DNA of 64,000 bases from an uncultured Chloroflexia bacterium (GCA_963828165.1 CAWHDR010000001.1:1792001-1856000); one strand, 5' to 3'; numbered from the stretch's first letter, positions 50,099-60,908 are shown. A program made the numbers and translations. Notes: generated by a model from the letters alone, not told the origin.

Positions 50099-50883
50099 CG
50101 GCTCGCAGCCGGCCCGCCCTCGCGCCGACTACGGAGGTGGCGGCCGTCGCGCCACTCCCGGGCGGGTCCCTGGGATACACGCTGCGGCATTCGGCCCGCG
50201 CCCGCGGCCTGCGCGTCGTGATCCACCCCGAACGAGGCGTGATCGTCACGGTGCCCGCCACGCGGTCCGGGCGAGCGGACGGCGAGCGCCGCGCCGTGGA
50301 GTTCCTCGAGCAACGCGAGCCGTGGGTCCGCCGCCACCTCGCCCGGCATGCGGACGTCCGTGCCGTGCTGGCAGCCCGCGGCGGGGCGCGCGACGGCGGA
50401 TCCATCCGGCTCGAGGGTTCGGTGGTGCCGATCCGGGTCGTCCCGGCCGTCACCGGGGCGCGGCGCTCCACCGTTGTCCGATTCGATGACGAGCTCGTCA
50501 TCCACCGTGCCCAGGCGGACGCCCGCGCCGACGCGGTCGTGGTCGAGGCCTGGCTCCGCGAGCTCGCCCGTTCCAGGATCGACGACGCGATCGAGCGGCA
50601 CGCCGCGGATCTTGGCGTGACCCCGCGAACGGTCACCATCCGCGACCCCCGCACCCGGTGGGGGAGTGCGTCCCAGACCGGCCGGGTGTCGCTGTCATGG
50701 CGCCTGGTCCTGGCTCCATGCGAGGCCCTGGAGACGGTCGTCATCCACGAACTCGCCCATCTCCGGATCTTTGGTCATGGGCCGAGATTCTGGGCGCTCG
50801 TGGCGTCGCGGCGACCCGACCACGGCACGTGGCGCCGCTGGCTGCACGACCACGCCACCGAGCTGCACGGCGCCCTGGGCTAG
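50095..50883 (+). CDS. YgjP/DUF45 (SprT-like, M48) metallopeptidase-fold protein
   Basis: RTRWGSAS, LSWRLV, VVIHELAH, HGPRFW. Confidence 0.88.
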   Translation: MTARSRPALAPTTEVAAVAPLPGGSLGYTLRHSARARGLRVVIHPERGVIVTVPATRSGRADGERRAVEFLEQREPWVRRHLARHADVRAVLAARGGARDGGSIRLEGSVVPIRVVPAVTGARRSTVVRFDDELVIHRAQADARADAVVVEAWLRELARSRIDDAIERHAADLGVTPRTVTIRDPRTRWGSASQTGRVSLSWRLVLAPCEALETVVIHELAHLRIFGHGPRFWALVASRRPDHGTWRRWLHDHATELHGALG

Positions 50884-50886
50884 CCG

Positions 50887-51627
50887 CTAGTTCGGCAATC
50901 CCTGGGCGTCGTCGCCCTCGGCGACCACGGTCATACCCGTCCACCGCAGCAGATTCAGGTCCAGCTCGTCGTGGCAGCCCTCCGCGATCGCCTCCCAGAT
51001 CCGGAACGCGAGGTCGGGGTCGACATCGTCTGGGAGTGCGACGAGCGTGTTCCGGACCGGTGCGAGCAGCAACCGCGGACGCTCCCCGAGGATCGGACGC
51101 AGGACGTCCGGCACGAGGATCAGCGCCGACCCCCAGCCCTGACCCTGGATGGCGAAGGTCTCGACGCCTTCCGGGTGGATCCGCTCGACGCGCGGGGGCT
51201 CGACGACCGTCAGCGCACGCAGGTTCTCGAGCGCGGTCCCGAGCAGCGTCGCGTGATCGATGCCCCAGCGCTCGACCTGGTTCGCGGTGACATGCGTGAA
51301 GGCCGGCCCGAAGTCGATGCCGAAGCCGGTCCACACGCCGGGCGGAACGAAGACGTGCATCGGGGTGGCTTCCGGCGGGTACGGGTGGCGGACGCGGCGC
51401 AGGATCGGCAGGACGAGGGACGACACATCCGGCCACGGGGCGTCGAGGTCCAGGCGCTGGGCCGCGGCGAGGACGCGCTCGAACAGCTCATGGTCCATCG
51501 TGCCCCCGAGCGCACGCATGGCGAGCTCGTCCTCGTTCCGTCCGCGGGCCTTGGTCTTTCGGCCGGTCCGTCGCGCCTTCGCTGACCGGCGGTCGCGATC
51601 GCCCTTCGTGGTCTTCATGCGGCGCAT
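50887..51627 (-). CDS. Hypothetical protein, DUF1444/YtpQ-like (start may be 51498)
   Basis: WGIDHATLLGTALENL and LLLAPVRNTL resemble that family. Confidence 0.5.
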   Translation of the reverse strand: MRRMKTTKGDRDRRSAKARRTGRKTKARGRNEDELAMRALGGTMDHELFERVLAAAQRLDLDAPWPDVSSLVLPILRRVRHPYPPEATPMHVFVPPGVWTGFGIDFGPAFTHVTANQVERWGIDHATLLGTALENLRALTVVEPPRVERIHPEGVETFAIQGQGWGSALILVPDVLRPILGERPRLLLAPVRNTLVALPDDVDPDLAFRIWEAIAEGCHDELDLNLLRWTGMTVVAEGDDAQGLPN

Positions 51628-51767
51628 GGTGGCGATCAGGGCTCTCCCGCCGCTTATCTCAACCTTCACCCGCGATTTCGAGGTCGAGGAGCCCACGCCG
51701 ACCGGTACCCTAGGCAAGCGCGGCGTGCCCGCTGCTCGGAGCGGCAGCCGCGAGCCCGGGAGGCATC

Positions 51768-52449
51768 ATGGCGGCACCTGGCCCACGCTTCTGCCCGCGG
51801 TGTGGCACCGAGCGCATCGGCGACATGCGCTTCTGCCCGAGCTGCGGTCTCGACCTTGGGCAGCTCGGGACCGGAGGATCGCCCCTCCGTCGAGCCGGCC
51901 CAGCCAGTCGACGACGCGCCGCCAGTGGCGTCGCCCCCGGTGCCTCGGCGCGAAGCCGCGCCTCGCCGCTCGTTCTGGCGCCCGCTCGTCGGACCGGGTC
52001 TCCTGGTCCTGCTCATCGTGGTCGTCGCGGCGTGGGTCACCGGCCTCGGTCCCTTCTCCCCGCGCGGCGGTTCCGGCACGCCGGCGGGAAACGGGGCCTC
52101 GAACGCCACCCCGACATCGCCGTTCCTGCCCGAGGTCACGTCGCAGCCGTCCTTCATCGCCTCGCCCGGTCTCACGGCGCCGCCCGTCGGCTTGCGGATC
52201 CTGAGCCCGGCCGATGGCGCGGTCGTCGGTGCCCGTGACGTCACCGTGATCGGAACGGCGCCCGCCGGACTCCGCATCACGCAGGACGTCAGCTTCGGGT
52301 TCGACCGGCACGCGACCGCCGACGGGACCGGCCACTGGGCCATCGGACTGGAGCTCTCGGAAGGGGACAACGAGCTCAAGTTCCGGATCGGCGACGACCC
52401 TTCGACGACGCAGACGATGCACGTCACCTACGTGCCCCCGGCGCCCTGA
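51768..52449 (+). CDS. Zinc-ribbon + TM + Ig-like domain protein (one apparent indel ~51875)
   Basis: GGAGG RBS; CPRCG...FCPSCG in frame 1; TM segment and ILSPADG...LSEGDNEL in frame 2. Confidence 0.65.
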
Positions 52450-52452
52450 CGC

Positions 52453-53304
52453 TCAGAGATCGCGCCGCTCGAACCACCAAGTCGCGGCGCCTAGCACGAG
52501 CGCGATCCAGAGGACCGACCAGATGATGAAGCCGAGCGGCGGCGGCGCCGTGGCGTAGAACGGGTTTGCCTCGGCGAGGTCGCCCGCCTCGCCCGCCGCG
52601 ATCATCACGACCAGTGGCGGTTCTAGCCCGTAGATCACCCCGCGCCAGAGCCCGTCGGTCGGCAGCACCCACCGACTGAACTCCGCGACGGACCGCAGGG
52701 CATCGACGCCGAGCGCGGAGGCCACCCCGGCGAGCACGCCGGCCATCCAGCCCAGGCCGAAACCGACGACCGCGATGGCACCCGCGGCGATCGACGGCAT
52801 GACCGACCCGAGCGCCAGGGTCAGCGTCAGCAGGACGAGTGCCTCGCCCGCAAGGAACGCGACAGCAACGAGCGGCTGGGGCGGGCCGAACCCGGAGATC
52901 AAGATGGCGACCGCGATCGCCAGCAGCCCGGACGCGACCGCGTACAGCCCGACGACCACCGCGGAGCCCACCCAGCGACCGAGCAAGTGGTCGGCGCGTC
53001 GGAGCGGCCTGGCCAGGATCGCCAGCGCAACCCCGGACTCGAGGTCGCCGCCGACCGCCGGCGCTCCCACGAACGCCGCTGTCATGGCCAGCACGAAGCT
53101 GAACATGAACGCGATGAGGATGAGTACCTGCGACACGCCGATCCGGATCTCCAGCTCGCCGACCCCGTCCGCGCGCGCGAGCTCGACGAGGCGCGACAAG
53201 CCGAAGGCGACCAGCAGCACCGACACGATCGTCAGGGCGGCGAGGACCCAGACGACCCGACGCCGGAAGAGCTCCAGGATGGTGAGCCGCGCGATCACGA
53301 TCAT
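52453..53304 (-). CDS. ABC-2 type exporter permease
   Basis: ESG....LARPLRR..LLG, six TM segments, FERRDL terminus. Confidence 0.85.
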   Translation of the reverse strand: MIVIARLTILELFRRRVVWVLAALTIVSVLLVAFGLSRLVELARADGVGELEIRIGVSQVLILIAFMFSFVLAMTAAFVGAPAVGGDLESGVALAILARPLRRADHLLGRWVGSAVVVGLYAVASGLLAIAVAILISGFGPPQPLVAVAFLAGEALVLLTLTLALGSVMPSIAAGAIAVVGFGLGWMAGVLAGVASALGVDALRSVAEFSRWVLPTDGLWRGVIYGLEPPLVVMIAAGEAGDLAEANPFYATAPPPLGFIIWSVLWIALVLGAATWWFERRDL

Positions 53305-54230
53305 GGGTCAGTCGATCCGGTGATCAGCTCGAGGAAGCGGGCTTCGAGCGAGCCGCGACCCGGCTCGACGACGTGGACGCGACCACCGGCGGCGACGATG
53401 GCGGCCACCAGGTCCGGGATGCGAGCACCATCGAGCGGGCGGACCTCGAGCCATTCGCCATCGACCGCGACCGGGCCGAAGCGCTCGACGGCCGCGTGGC
53501 CGCGCTCGTCCAGGCCGGTCACGCGGACGCGAACTCCATCGACGGCCACGACATCGTCGAGCGCGCCCGATGCGATCGTGCGGCCCCGATGGAGGATCAC
53601 CACGCGATCACAGACCCGCTCGACCTCGGTCAGGAGGTGCGAGTTCAGGATCACCGCGGCCCCGCGGTCCCGGGCCGACCGGACGATCGCCCGAACATCG
53701 GTACGACCGATGGGGTCGAGCGCCGACGTGGGCTCGTCGAGCAGGATCAGCTCCGGTTCTCCGAGGAGCGCGACGCCCAGACCGAGTCGCTGCTGCATGC
53801 CCTTGGAGAACTCGCCGACCGCGTCGTCCTCGCGGTCCGTCAGCCCGACCAAGTCGAGCGCCCCCTCGATCGCGCTGGCTTGGCGGCCGACCGGCACGTG
53901 CGCGAGCCGGGCATGCAGCTCGAGGACTTCATAGGCGGTCAGCCAGGGCTGGTACCGGAAGAGCTCGGGCAAGTAGCCGATCTTCGCGCGTACGGCTCGG
54001 TCGCCGAGGGGCGCTCCCAGGACGGTGCCCGAGCCGCTGGTGGGTCGGGTCAGGCCCAGCAGCAGCTTGATCGCCGTCGTCTTGCCCGCACCGTTCGGCC
54101 CGAGGAGACCGACGAGCTCGCCGCGCCCGACGGTCAGGCTGAGTCCGTCGAGGGCGGTCGTGCGGCCAAAGGTCTTGACGATCCCGTCGAGCTCGATGGC
54201 GGGCGTCGAGGCACGGTCTTGGGCGGCCAC
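53301..54230 (-). CDS. ABC exporter ATP-binding protein
   Basis: GPNGAGKT, FSKGMQQR, LDEPTSALD, SHLL. Confidence 0.92.
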   Translation of the reverse strand: MAAQDRASTPAIELDGIVKTFGRTTALDGLSLTVGRGELVGLLGPNGAGKTTAIKLLLGLTRPTSGSGTVLGAPLGDRAVRAKIGYLPELFRYQPWLTAYEVLELHARLAHVPVGRQASAIEGALDLVGLTDREDDAVGEFSKGMQQRLGLGVALLGEPELILLDEPTSALDPIGRTDVRAIVRSARDRGAAVILNSHLLTEVERVCDRVVILHRGRTIASGALDDVVAVDGVRVRVTGLDERGHAAVERFGPVAVDGEWLEVRPLDGARIPDLVAAIVAAGGRVHVVEPGRGSLEARFLELITGSTDP

Positions 54231-54254
54231 GGACTCCTACACAGGCTGGGGAAA

Positions 54255-54330
54255 TGGTGGAGATGAGGGGACTCGAACCCCTGACCCCCGCGATGCGAAC
54301 GCGGTGCTCTTCCAGCTGAGCTACATCCCC
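54255..54330 (-). tRNA. tRNA-Ala(CGC)
   Basis: GGGGATGTAGCTCAGCTGG...CCGCG-TTCGCAT-CGCGG...GTTCGAGTC...CTCCACCA; G3:U70; upstream extended -10 TGCTACAAT identical to that of the other tRNA-Ala. Confidence 0.97.
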
Positions 54331-54437
54331 AACGGCGACGGATTGTAGCATCGGGCCGCCCCAGCTCCCTCTACCCGCTCCGTCCCGGGCCTCAGGACGG
54401 CGGTCCGCTGAGCGCAACGCGCGACTAGGCTCCGCCG

Positions 54438-55340
54438 ATGCCCATCGGCCTCCTGACCGGTCTCGGTGCCGCCCTGTCGTGGGGCACACTCGACGTCTTC
54501 TCCGCGCTCGCGAGCCGCCAGATCGGCAGCCTCCGCGTGACGACGGGGATGCAGCTGGTCGGTGCCGCCCTGATCTGGGTGCTGGCCCTCGCTCGCGGGG
54601 TTTCCTTCCCGTCGGACCCCGCAGTCCTCGTCGGCGGGTCGCTCGTCGGCCTGGCCGGTGCCGGCGCATACCTCGCGTACTTCACGGGGCTGCGCATCGG
54701 GCCCATCGCGGTCGTCAGCGGGATGGTGGCGGCATACGGGGGTCTCACGGTGGTGCTGGCCGTCTTGATCCGTGGCGAATCCCTGACGCTCGTCCAGGCG
54801 CTCGGTGCGACGGTCGCTACGGTCGGCGTGATCCTCACGGGCGTCGCGTTCGGCGGCGGGCTGCGCGGGGTGCGCTTCGCAGGCCCGGGGGTCGGGTTTG
54901 CGATCGTGGCCCTCGTGTTGTTCGCGGCGATGACCATCGGCAGCGATGTCGTCCTCGAGCGGACCGGCTGGATCGAGGTCCTGCTCGTCTCGCGCTCGGC
55001 CAACGCCGTCATCTCGGTGCTGGTGCTGGTCGTGGCGATGACCGTCCTGCGCGGGCCGGCCGGGCCGCTGCTGCGGGGCGAAGACGCGGACGGCGGCCGG
55101 ATCGACAAGCGGGTCGTCGCGGCCGTGGGCCTCGCGGGCGTGCTCGACGTCATCGGGTTGATGTCGTTCGCCTACGGGCTCGAGGTCGCGGAGACGTGGC
55201 TGGTCGGCCTGGCGTCGTCGTTCGGTCCCGCGGTCACGATCGTGGTTGCCGTCGCGTTCCTCGGCGAGCGGCTGAAGCCGATCCAATGGCTCGGCCTGGC
55301 GGGGGTCCTGGTCGGGATGATCGCGATCGGTCTGCCGTAG
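54438..55340 (+). CDS. EamA/DMT family transporter
   Basis: ~10 TM segments, two EamA halves, FLGERL. Confidence 0.85.
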   Translation: MPIGLLTGLGAALSWGTLDVFSALASRQIGSLRVTTGMQLVGAALIWVLALARGVSFPSDPAVLVGGSLVGLAGAGAYLAYFTGLRIGPIAVVSGMVAAYGGLTVVLAVLIRGESLTLVQALGATVATVGVILTGVAFGGGLRGVRFAGPGVGFAIVALVLFAAMTIGSDVVLERTGWIEVLLVSRSANAVISVLVLVVAMTVLRGPAGPLLRGEDADGGRIDKRVVAAVGLAGVLDVIGLMSFAYGLEVAETWLVGLASSFGPAVTIVVAVAFLGERLKPIQWLGLAGVLVGMIAIGLP

Positions 55341-55349
55341 CGGGCGGGG

Positions 55350-56465
55350 TCAACCGGGAAGGCTGAACCAGAAGCGGGTCATTCCTTCGCGCGACTCCGC
55401 GCCCACCCGGCCGCCGCTGCCCTCGACGAGCTGCTTCACGATCGCCAGGCCGATGCCAGCGCCGCCGCGCGCACGGTCGCGCGATTTCTCGACGCGATAG
55501 AACCGCTCGAACACCCGATCGAGGTCTTCGAGCGGGATGCCCTCACCCGTGTTCGAGATCGAGACGAGGAGGTCACCCGGCCGCCGCTCGGCACGGACCG
55601 TGATGTCGCCACCGGCCGACGTATACCGGACGGCATTCGAGAGCAGATTGGCGAGCACCTGGGCCAGGCCGTCAGGGTCGGCTCGGGCGGGCAACGTGTC
55701 CGGGACCTCGGCCCGGAGCGTGAGGCCGGCGCGTTCGATCGCGGGCGCGGCGAGGTCCAGGGCCGACCTGACGGCGGCGGCGAGATCGAGCTCGACGGCG
55801 ACCGACGGGGTCGTTCCTGCATCGCCCTCCGCGAGCGCGTCGAGGGAATGGGACAGCCGGACGAGTCGGTCGGCCTCCTCGTGCAGGGACTCGTAGGTCG
55901 CCCGGTCGGCGACGATCACGCCGTCGCGTAGGGCCTCGAGGTAGCCCTGAAGGTTCGTCAGTGGGGTCCGCAGCTCGTGGGCGGCATTGGCGATGAAGTC
56001 GCGCCGCATCTGCTCCTGCTGCTCGAGCGATGCGGCCATCTGGTTGAACGAGTCGGCGAGGCTGGCGAGCTCCTCCGGTCCCTCGCGCGGGACTCGGGCG
56101 GCATAGTCGCCGTCGGCGATCCGTCGGGCCGCTCCACCGATCTCCGCCAAGGGCCTCGCGAGCATGCGTGCGAGCACGACCGCCAGGCCCACGCTCGCGA
56201 GCACCGCGACCACCGACGCTGCGATGACGACGGTCGTGACCGAATCGTCGTACATGTCCCGCGCGTGCTCTGCGGAGTCGCCGGCCTCCATCATCAGAGC
56301 GGTAAACACGTCCGCCCCGACGACCGCCACACCCACGGCCAGGATCACGAGCCCGACCGCGGCCGACGCGATGGCCGCCAGCGCGATCCGACCGGCGATC
56401 CCGCGCGCGATCACGTCCGAACCCTGCACGTCACTGTGGGTGGCACCATCGGAATAGACCCGCAT
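55350..56465 (-). CDS. HAMP-domain sensor histidine kinase (BaeS-like)
   Basis: AHELRTPL, NLLSNA, FERFYR, GAGIGLAI. Confidence 0.93.
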   Translation of the reverse strand: MRVYSDGATHSDVQGSDVIARGIAGRIALAAIASAAVGLVILAVGVAVVGADVFTALMMEAGDSAEHARDMYDDSVTTVVIAASVVAVLASVGLAVVLARMLARPLAEIGGAARRIADGDYAARVPREGPEELASLADSFNQMAASLEQQEQMRRDFIANAAHELRTPLTNLQGYLEALRDGVIVADRATYESLHEEADRLVRLSHSLDALAEGDAGTTPSVAVELDLAAAVRSALDLAAPAIERAGLTLRAEVPDTLPARADPDGLAQVLANLLSNAVRYTSAGGDITVRAERRPGDLLVSISNTGEGIPLEDLDRVFERFYRVEKSRDRARGGAGIGLAIVKQLVEGSGGRVGAESREGMTRFWFSLPG

Positions 56466-56552
56466 GGGTCCACACCGTTTCCGTCGTTTCTGGCCACCAC
56501 CGGCGCACGTTCATTCGCATCTGGTCACTGCCACCGACGGCCTGCACGTCCG

Positions 56553-57311
56553 TCACGTCCGGGCGGCTCGATACCCCACGCCGCGGACCGTCTGCACGTA
56601 GCGCGGCGCGTCTGGATCGTCGTCGAGCTTGTCGCGCAGCCGGCGGATGTGGACGTCGATGGTCCGATCGAGCACATCGGCCGCATCCTGGCCATAGACC
56701 GCATCGAGCAACTGGTCGCGCGACAGCACCCGTCCGTCGGCACCGATGATCGCGGCCAGGAGCCGGAACTCGACACGCGTGAGGTCGATCGCCGCCTCCC
56801 CGCGCCGGACCTCGTGGCGGGATGGGTCGATCGTGAGGTCGCCGTGGCGGATGACCGAACCCGCGACGGCGCCGCCGGTCGAGGGCTCAAGACCGACTGG
56901 CGCCGCCCGCCGCAGGATGGACTTCACGCGGAGGACCAGCTCGGCCGGCGAAAACGGCTTGGGCAGGTAGTCGTCGGCGCCATCCTCAAGCCCGGCGATG
57001 CGATCGATCGTCGAGCTCCGGGCCGACAGCACGAGGATCGGCGTGTGGGCCGCCTCCTCATCGCGGCGCACAGCGCGGATGACGGCCCTCCCGTCCAGTT
57101 CGGGGAGCATCAGGTCGAGCACGACGAGCGCCGGCTGATGCGTTTCGATGGCCTCGAGCGCCGCGGGCCCATCCGCGGCGGTCACGACCGTGAACCCGTC
57201 GCGCTCCAGGTAGGTCCGCACCAGCCGGACGATCTTTGCGTCATCGTCGACGACGAGGATCGGGGCCGCAGGGATGGTCGGGTCAGTCAGAAGAGCGGGC
57301 ATCGCGAACAT
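56553..57311 (-). CDS. OmpR-family response regulator
   Basis: VVDDD, LDLMLP, GADDYL.KPF, RTIDVHIRRLR, TVRGVGY. Confidence 0.94.
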   Translation of the reverse strand: MFAMPALLTDPTIPAAPILVVDDDAKIVRLVRTYLERDGFTVVTAADGPAALEAIETHQPALVVLDLMLPELDGRAVIRAVRRDEEAAHTPILVLSARSSTIDRIAGLEDGADDYLPKPFSPAELVLRVKSILRRAAPVGLEPSTGGAVAGSVIRHGDLTIDPSRHEVRRGEAAIDLTRVEFRLLAAIIGADGRVLSRDQLLDAVYGQDAADVLDRTIDVHIRRLRDKLDDDPDAPRYVQTVRGVGYRAART

Positions 57312-57563
57312 GGTAGGCCGAGCCTATGGGTCCGCCATGTCGATCCGGTGACGCGGAGGCCCCGCCGATCGCGGCGCGTGCGCCCGGCGCTCCTATCGTC
57401 GATCGAAGGTTTGACCGGTCGACATTCGTGCATCACACGCATCCCATGACGAACGAGACGTCCGATTGCGAGGTCGCGCGCCCGCTTCCAGCCGTTCGTT
57501 CGCTGATAGGAGCATGCGGTGCACGGACGGAGAACGAAACCACCGGTCGGCTCATTTTTGGTC

Positions 57564-57592
57564 TTGTCGCACTAGAACAAGTGTTCTAATCT
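57564..57592 (+). promoter_or_regulatory. LexA (SOS) box within the imuA promoter
   Basis: TAGAAC-AAGT-GTTCTA (57573-57588) inside TTGTCG-N17-TAATCT. Confidence 0.85.
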
Positions 57593-57601
57593 AGTCGTCC
57601 G

Positions 57602-58712
57602 ATGACGACCCCTCGTGGCGATGTGGATGCCGCTCTGGCGGGCCTCCAGGCTCGATGGGGAGCGGCAGCTCCGAGGGTCGTGGGGGCACTGGCGTTGGCG
57701 CAGGCGGTGGCCCTCCCCGACGAGCAGCCACGGTACGAGCCGGGCCTCGACGACAGCCGGGTCATCCACACGGGCTTCGCCGCGCTCGATGCGATCCTCG
57801 GGCCCGGAGGCCTCCCGAAGTCGGCCAGCGTCGCGATCCGCGGCGACGGCTCCAGCGGCCGGACGACGCTCTCCCTCCGGGTCGCCGCGGAAGCCCAGGC
57901 GGGGGGCTCGGTCGTGGCCTGGCTCGACCTGTCGCGCAGCTTCGACCCGGTCGAGGCCGTCGCCCGCGGCGTCCGGCTCGAGTGGCTCGTCGTCATCACC
58001 CCGGCCAGCCTGGACGAAGGCTTGTCGATCGCGGGCAGCCTGCTGACGGGTCGGTCGGTCGACATGCTCGTCCTGGACCTGCCCGGCGGTCGGCTGGCGA
58101 AGACGGACAAGCCGGCCAGGGTCGCCGATCGACTCCATCGACTCGCCGCGCTCGCCCGCCGCGCGGAGACCCTGCTCCTGATCCTCGATGCGCCCGGACT
58201 CGCCGGCGGCCTCGCGACCGCGGTCGCCGAGTCGACCGGCATCCGGCTCGAGCTGGCTCGCCGGTCGTGGGTCCGCCTGGGCCGCGATGTCGTCGGCCAG
58301 CGCACCGAGGCGATCGTCGCGCACAACCGCCACGGACCGCCGGGGCGCAAGCGCGACCCTCCGGATCCTCTACGCCGAGGGCGGCGAACGGGACGCCTGT
58401 CTCGCGCTCGACACCCTCCTCATCGAGGGGGCGCCGCTCGGGGCGCCCATACCGGTGCCAATCGGCACCGTCAACCCGAACGAGGCCCCCGATCGAAAGA
58501 CCCACGACCATGCGACGTCTCCACCTCTTCGTCCCGCATCTGCCCCTCCACCTGGCGCGGGCCCGACGCTCCGAGCCCTTCCCGACCGGCCCGCTCGTGC
58601 TCGGCGGTCGGCCGTGGGATCCGGGGCCGGTCATCGACGCCGACCGGACCGCTCGATCGCTGGGCGTCCGGCGCGGCATGCCGCTGGCGAGCGCCCATCG
58701 ACTCGTCCCTGA
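57602..58712 (+). CDS. imuA: RecA-like ImuA protein (apparent indel ~58345)
   Basis: TGFAALDAILGPGGLP, degenerate P-loop GDGSSGRT, AWLD...FDP...ARGV; first gene behind the SOS box. Confidence 0.75.
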
Positions 58713-59764
58713 GGCGACCTTCATCGAGCCCGATCCCGACGCGGACCGGGTAGCGGCTGAGACCGCGTTCGAGGCGCTCGGCGCGTTCAGCCCGAGCCTG
58801 GTCGGGGAGTGGCGACCCGATGGACGCCGCATTCGGGCTGTTCGAGATGGGGATCGATGGCCTGGGGCCGTTGTGGGGTGCCGAGCCGGTGCTCGTCGAG
58901 CGGGTCAGTTCCGCGTTGCGTGTCGCCCTCCCCGGGGAGCTGACGCCGCGGGCCGGGGTCGCCGGCACGCATTTCGCCGCGACCATCGCCGCGGTCCATG
59001 CCCGTGCCGGCTCGCCGGTCGCCGTCCCACCCGGCGACGAAGCGGCGTTCCTCGCGCCGTACCCGTCCGGCCTCCTGACGACGGACCTCGACGTGCGCGC
59101 TCGATTGACCCGGTTCGGGCTACGCGAGATCGGCGCCGTGGCGGAACTGCCCAGGTCGGCGTTGATCGCCCGGTTCGGGGACGAGGGTGCCCGGCTGCAC
59201 GCCCGGGCGCGTGGTGAGGAGACCGAGCCGTTCCGGGCGCGTCATGCCCCGGAGCGCCTGGCCCTCGCCCTGCCCATCGAGCCACCGGTCGAGGACCTCG
59301 AGCCACTGCGGTTCGTGCTCCACCGGCTCGTGGCCGCGATCACGGCTCAGCTCACGACCCTGGGACTCGCCGCGGACCGCGCGCACCTGACCCTGGAGCT
59401 GGACCTGGCCTTCGCCGCGCGCGGGACATCGCCGCGGATCGAGGTCGAACAGCGCTTCCCGGAGCCCACCGCGGACCCCGAGGCCGTCGAGCGGCTGCTG
59501 TTCGCGCGGCTGGAACGGGAGCCGCCGCCGGCGGCGGTGCAACGGCTGGAGCTGGAGTTACGGGGCACGACCCAGGCCGCTGGCCAGCAACTGCCGTTGT
59601 TCGTGCCACAGGCCGCGCGAACGGCTCGGCTCGGCTGGCAGCTCGCGAGGCTGGCGCTGACCTACGGGGAGGATCGCGTCCGGCGGGTCGCCATCACGGA
59701 CCCGGAGGCGCCACTCCCCGAGACCCGCTGGGCGTGGCGGCCGGTCGGGCTGGAGGGGGAATGA
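58510..59764 (+). CDS. imuB: ImuB, catalytically inactive Y-family polymerase (apparent indel ~58805)
   Basis: ARSLGVRRGMPLASA, FSP, LTRFGLR.IG..A.LP, beta-clamp motif QLPLF; no catalytic acidic motif recognised. Confidence 0.8.
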
Positions 59765-60009
59765 CCCGGCTGCTGCGCGAGCACCCCGCGATCGACGTCG
59801 AGCTCGATGCCGACGGTCGCCTGACCGCGATCCGCTGGAACGGCCGGCGCGAGGTCGTCGAGGTCTGCAATCGCTGGCGGGTAGAAGAATCGTGGTGGCG
59901 CGATCCGATCGCGCGCGACTACCTCAAGGTCGTCGGAGAGCGATGGCTCGCGCTGGTCTACCTGGACCGCATCTCCGGGACGTGGCACCTGGAGCGGCTG
60001 TACGACTGA
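59761..60009 (+). CDS. Small ImuB-C / DUF6504-like protein
   Basis: W...WW...RDY......W.LERLYD pattern; ATGA overlap with imuB; GGAGG RBS. Confidence 0.75.
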   Translation: MTRLLREHPAIDVELDADGRLTAIRWNGRREVVEVCNRWRVEESWWRDPIARDYLKVVGERWLALVYLDRISGTWHLERLYD

Positions 60010-60153
60010 ACGTCAGCGCCCGCGCCCGATGCGGCCGAGGTGCATGTCCTGGAACCTGCGAGTCCTGTCGCGAAGGCGGCCGCGCCCCGGCTCGCAACCA
60101 GGGCCGGATCCAGGCCCGGTCGGTCGTCGCGTCTCCGCTCATCCTCGCCGCTC

Positions 60154-60258
60154 TCAGCGGATCGGCGCACCCATCGTCAGGGTCACGACGAACAGGATGA
60201 GGAACATGCCGATCACGAGGACCAGCACGCCGATATCTCGTGGTTGCGCCGACTGCAT
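60154..60258 (-). CDS. 34-aa single-TM peptide MQSAQPRDIGVLVLVIGMFLILFVVTLTMGAPIR
   Basis: GGGGAGG RBS, hydrophobic core, GC3-biased codons. Confidence 0.6.
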   Translation of the reverse strand: MQSAQPRDIGVLVLVIGMFLILFVVTLTMGAPIR

Positions 60259-60404
60259 TGCGCCTCCCCCACGGCTGCGCAGGCTCGGGTCTCCACCGCC
60301 CGAGCCGTGTCAGCATAGACGCGCGAGCGTGTTCATGTGTCGCGCCGATGCACCGCGATCGTCGCGCCGACGCACCAGATCCGTGGCCGAGTCGGCGGGA
60401 CGGC

Positions 60405-60908
60405 TCAACCCATCGGACAGGCCGCCCCATATCGGACGACCACGAAGGTCAGACCGCCCATCGGCCGGACCGATGTCTGGATCCGGCAGTCACCCCGACC
60501 GACCGATTCGATGACGAAGCCGCCGTCCTCCAACGGGCCCGAAAGCGACTCCGTCCGCAGCGCCGCGGTCTCGAGCGCGTTCTGCATCCAGCCCGCGATC
60601 TGAGCGGTGTCGTCGTTGTCGACGGCGTAGGTGCCGCTGACCGGTTCCGGGCTGATGTCGTCCGCAACGGTCGACGTCGGGAACCTCGGGAACCCCGGTG
60701 GGAGCTCGTCCCAGATGCGACCCCAGTCGGTCTCGGTCTGGGTCATGGCGGCAGCGGTGGGCTCGACCGACGGCGCCAGGGACGGCCGGTCCATGGGGGT
60801 CGCATTGGTCGTCGAGTCGTGCGTTCCGCAGGCCGCGAACGCCAGGGCGGCGACCAGCATCGCGACGAACGGGAGGGTGGGACGGGAGCGGAGATTCCGC
60901 GTCTGCAT
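60405..60908 (-). CDS. Hypothetical lipoprotein
   Basis: Lipobox FAAC, Pro/Thr linker, two C-terminal Cys. Confidence 0.7.
   Translation of the reverse strand: MQTRNLRSRPTLPFVAMLVAALAFAACGTHDSTTNATPMDRPSLAPSVEPTAAAMTQTETDWGRIWDELPPGFPRFPTSTVADDISPEPVSGTYAVDNDDTAQIAGWMQNALETAALRTESLSGPLEDGGFVIESVGRGDCRIQTSVRPMGGLTFVVVRYGAACPMG

Noticed and set aside
46235-54330. Region between two same-strand tRNA-Ala genes read as an integrated island
   Set aside because: Both are complete tRNAs with different anticodons and their own promoters. There is no integrase, partial att duplication or evident composition shift.
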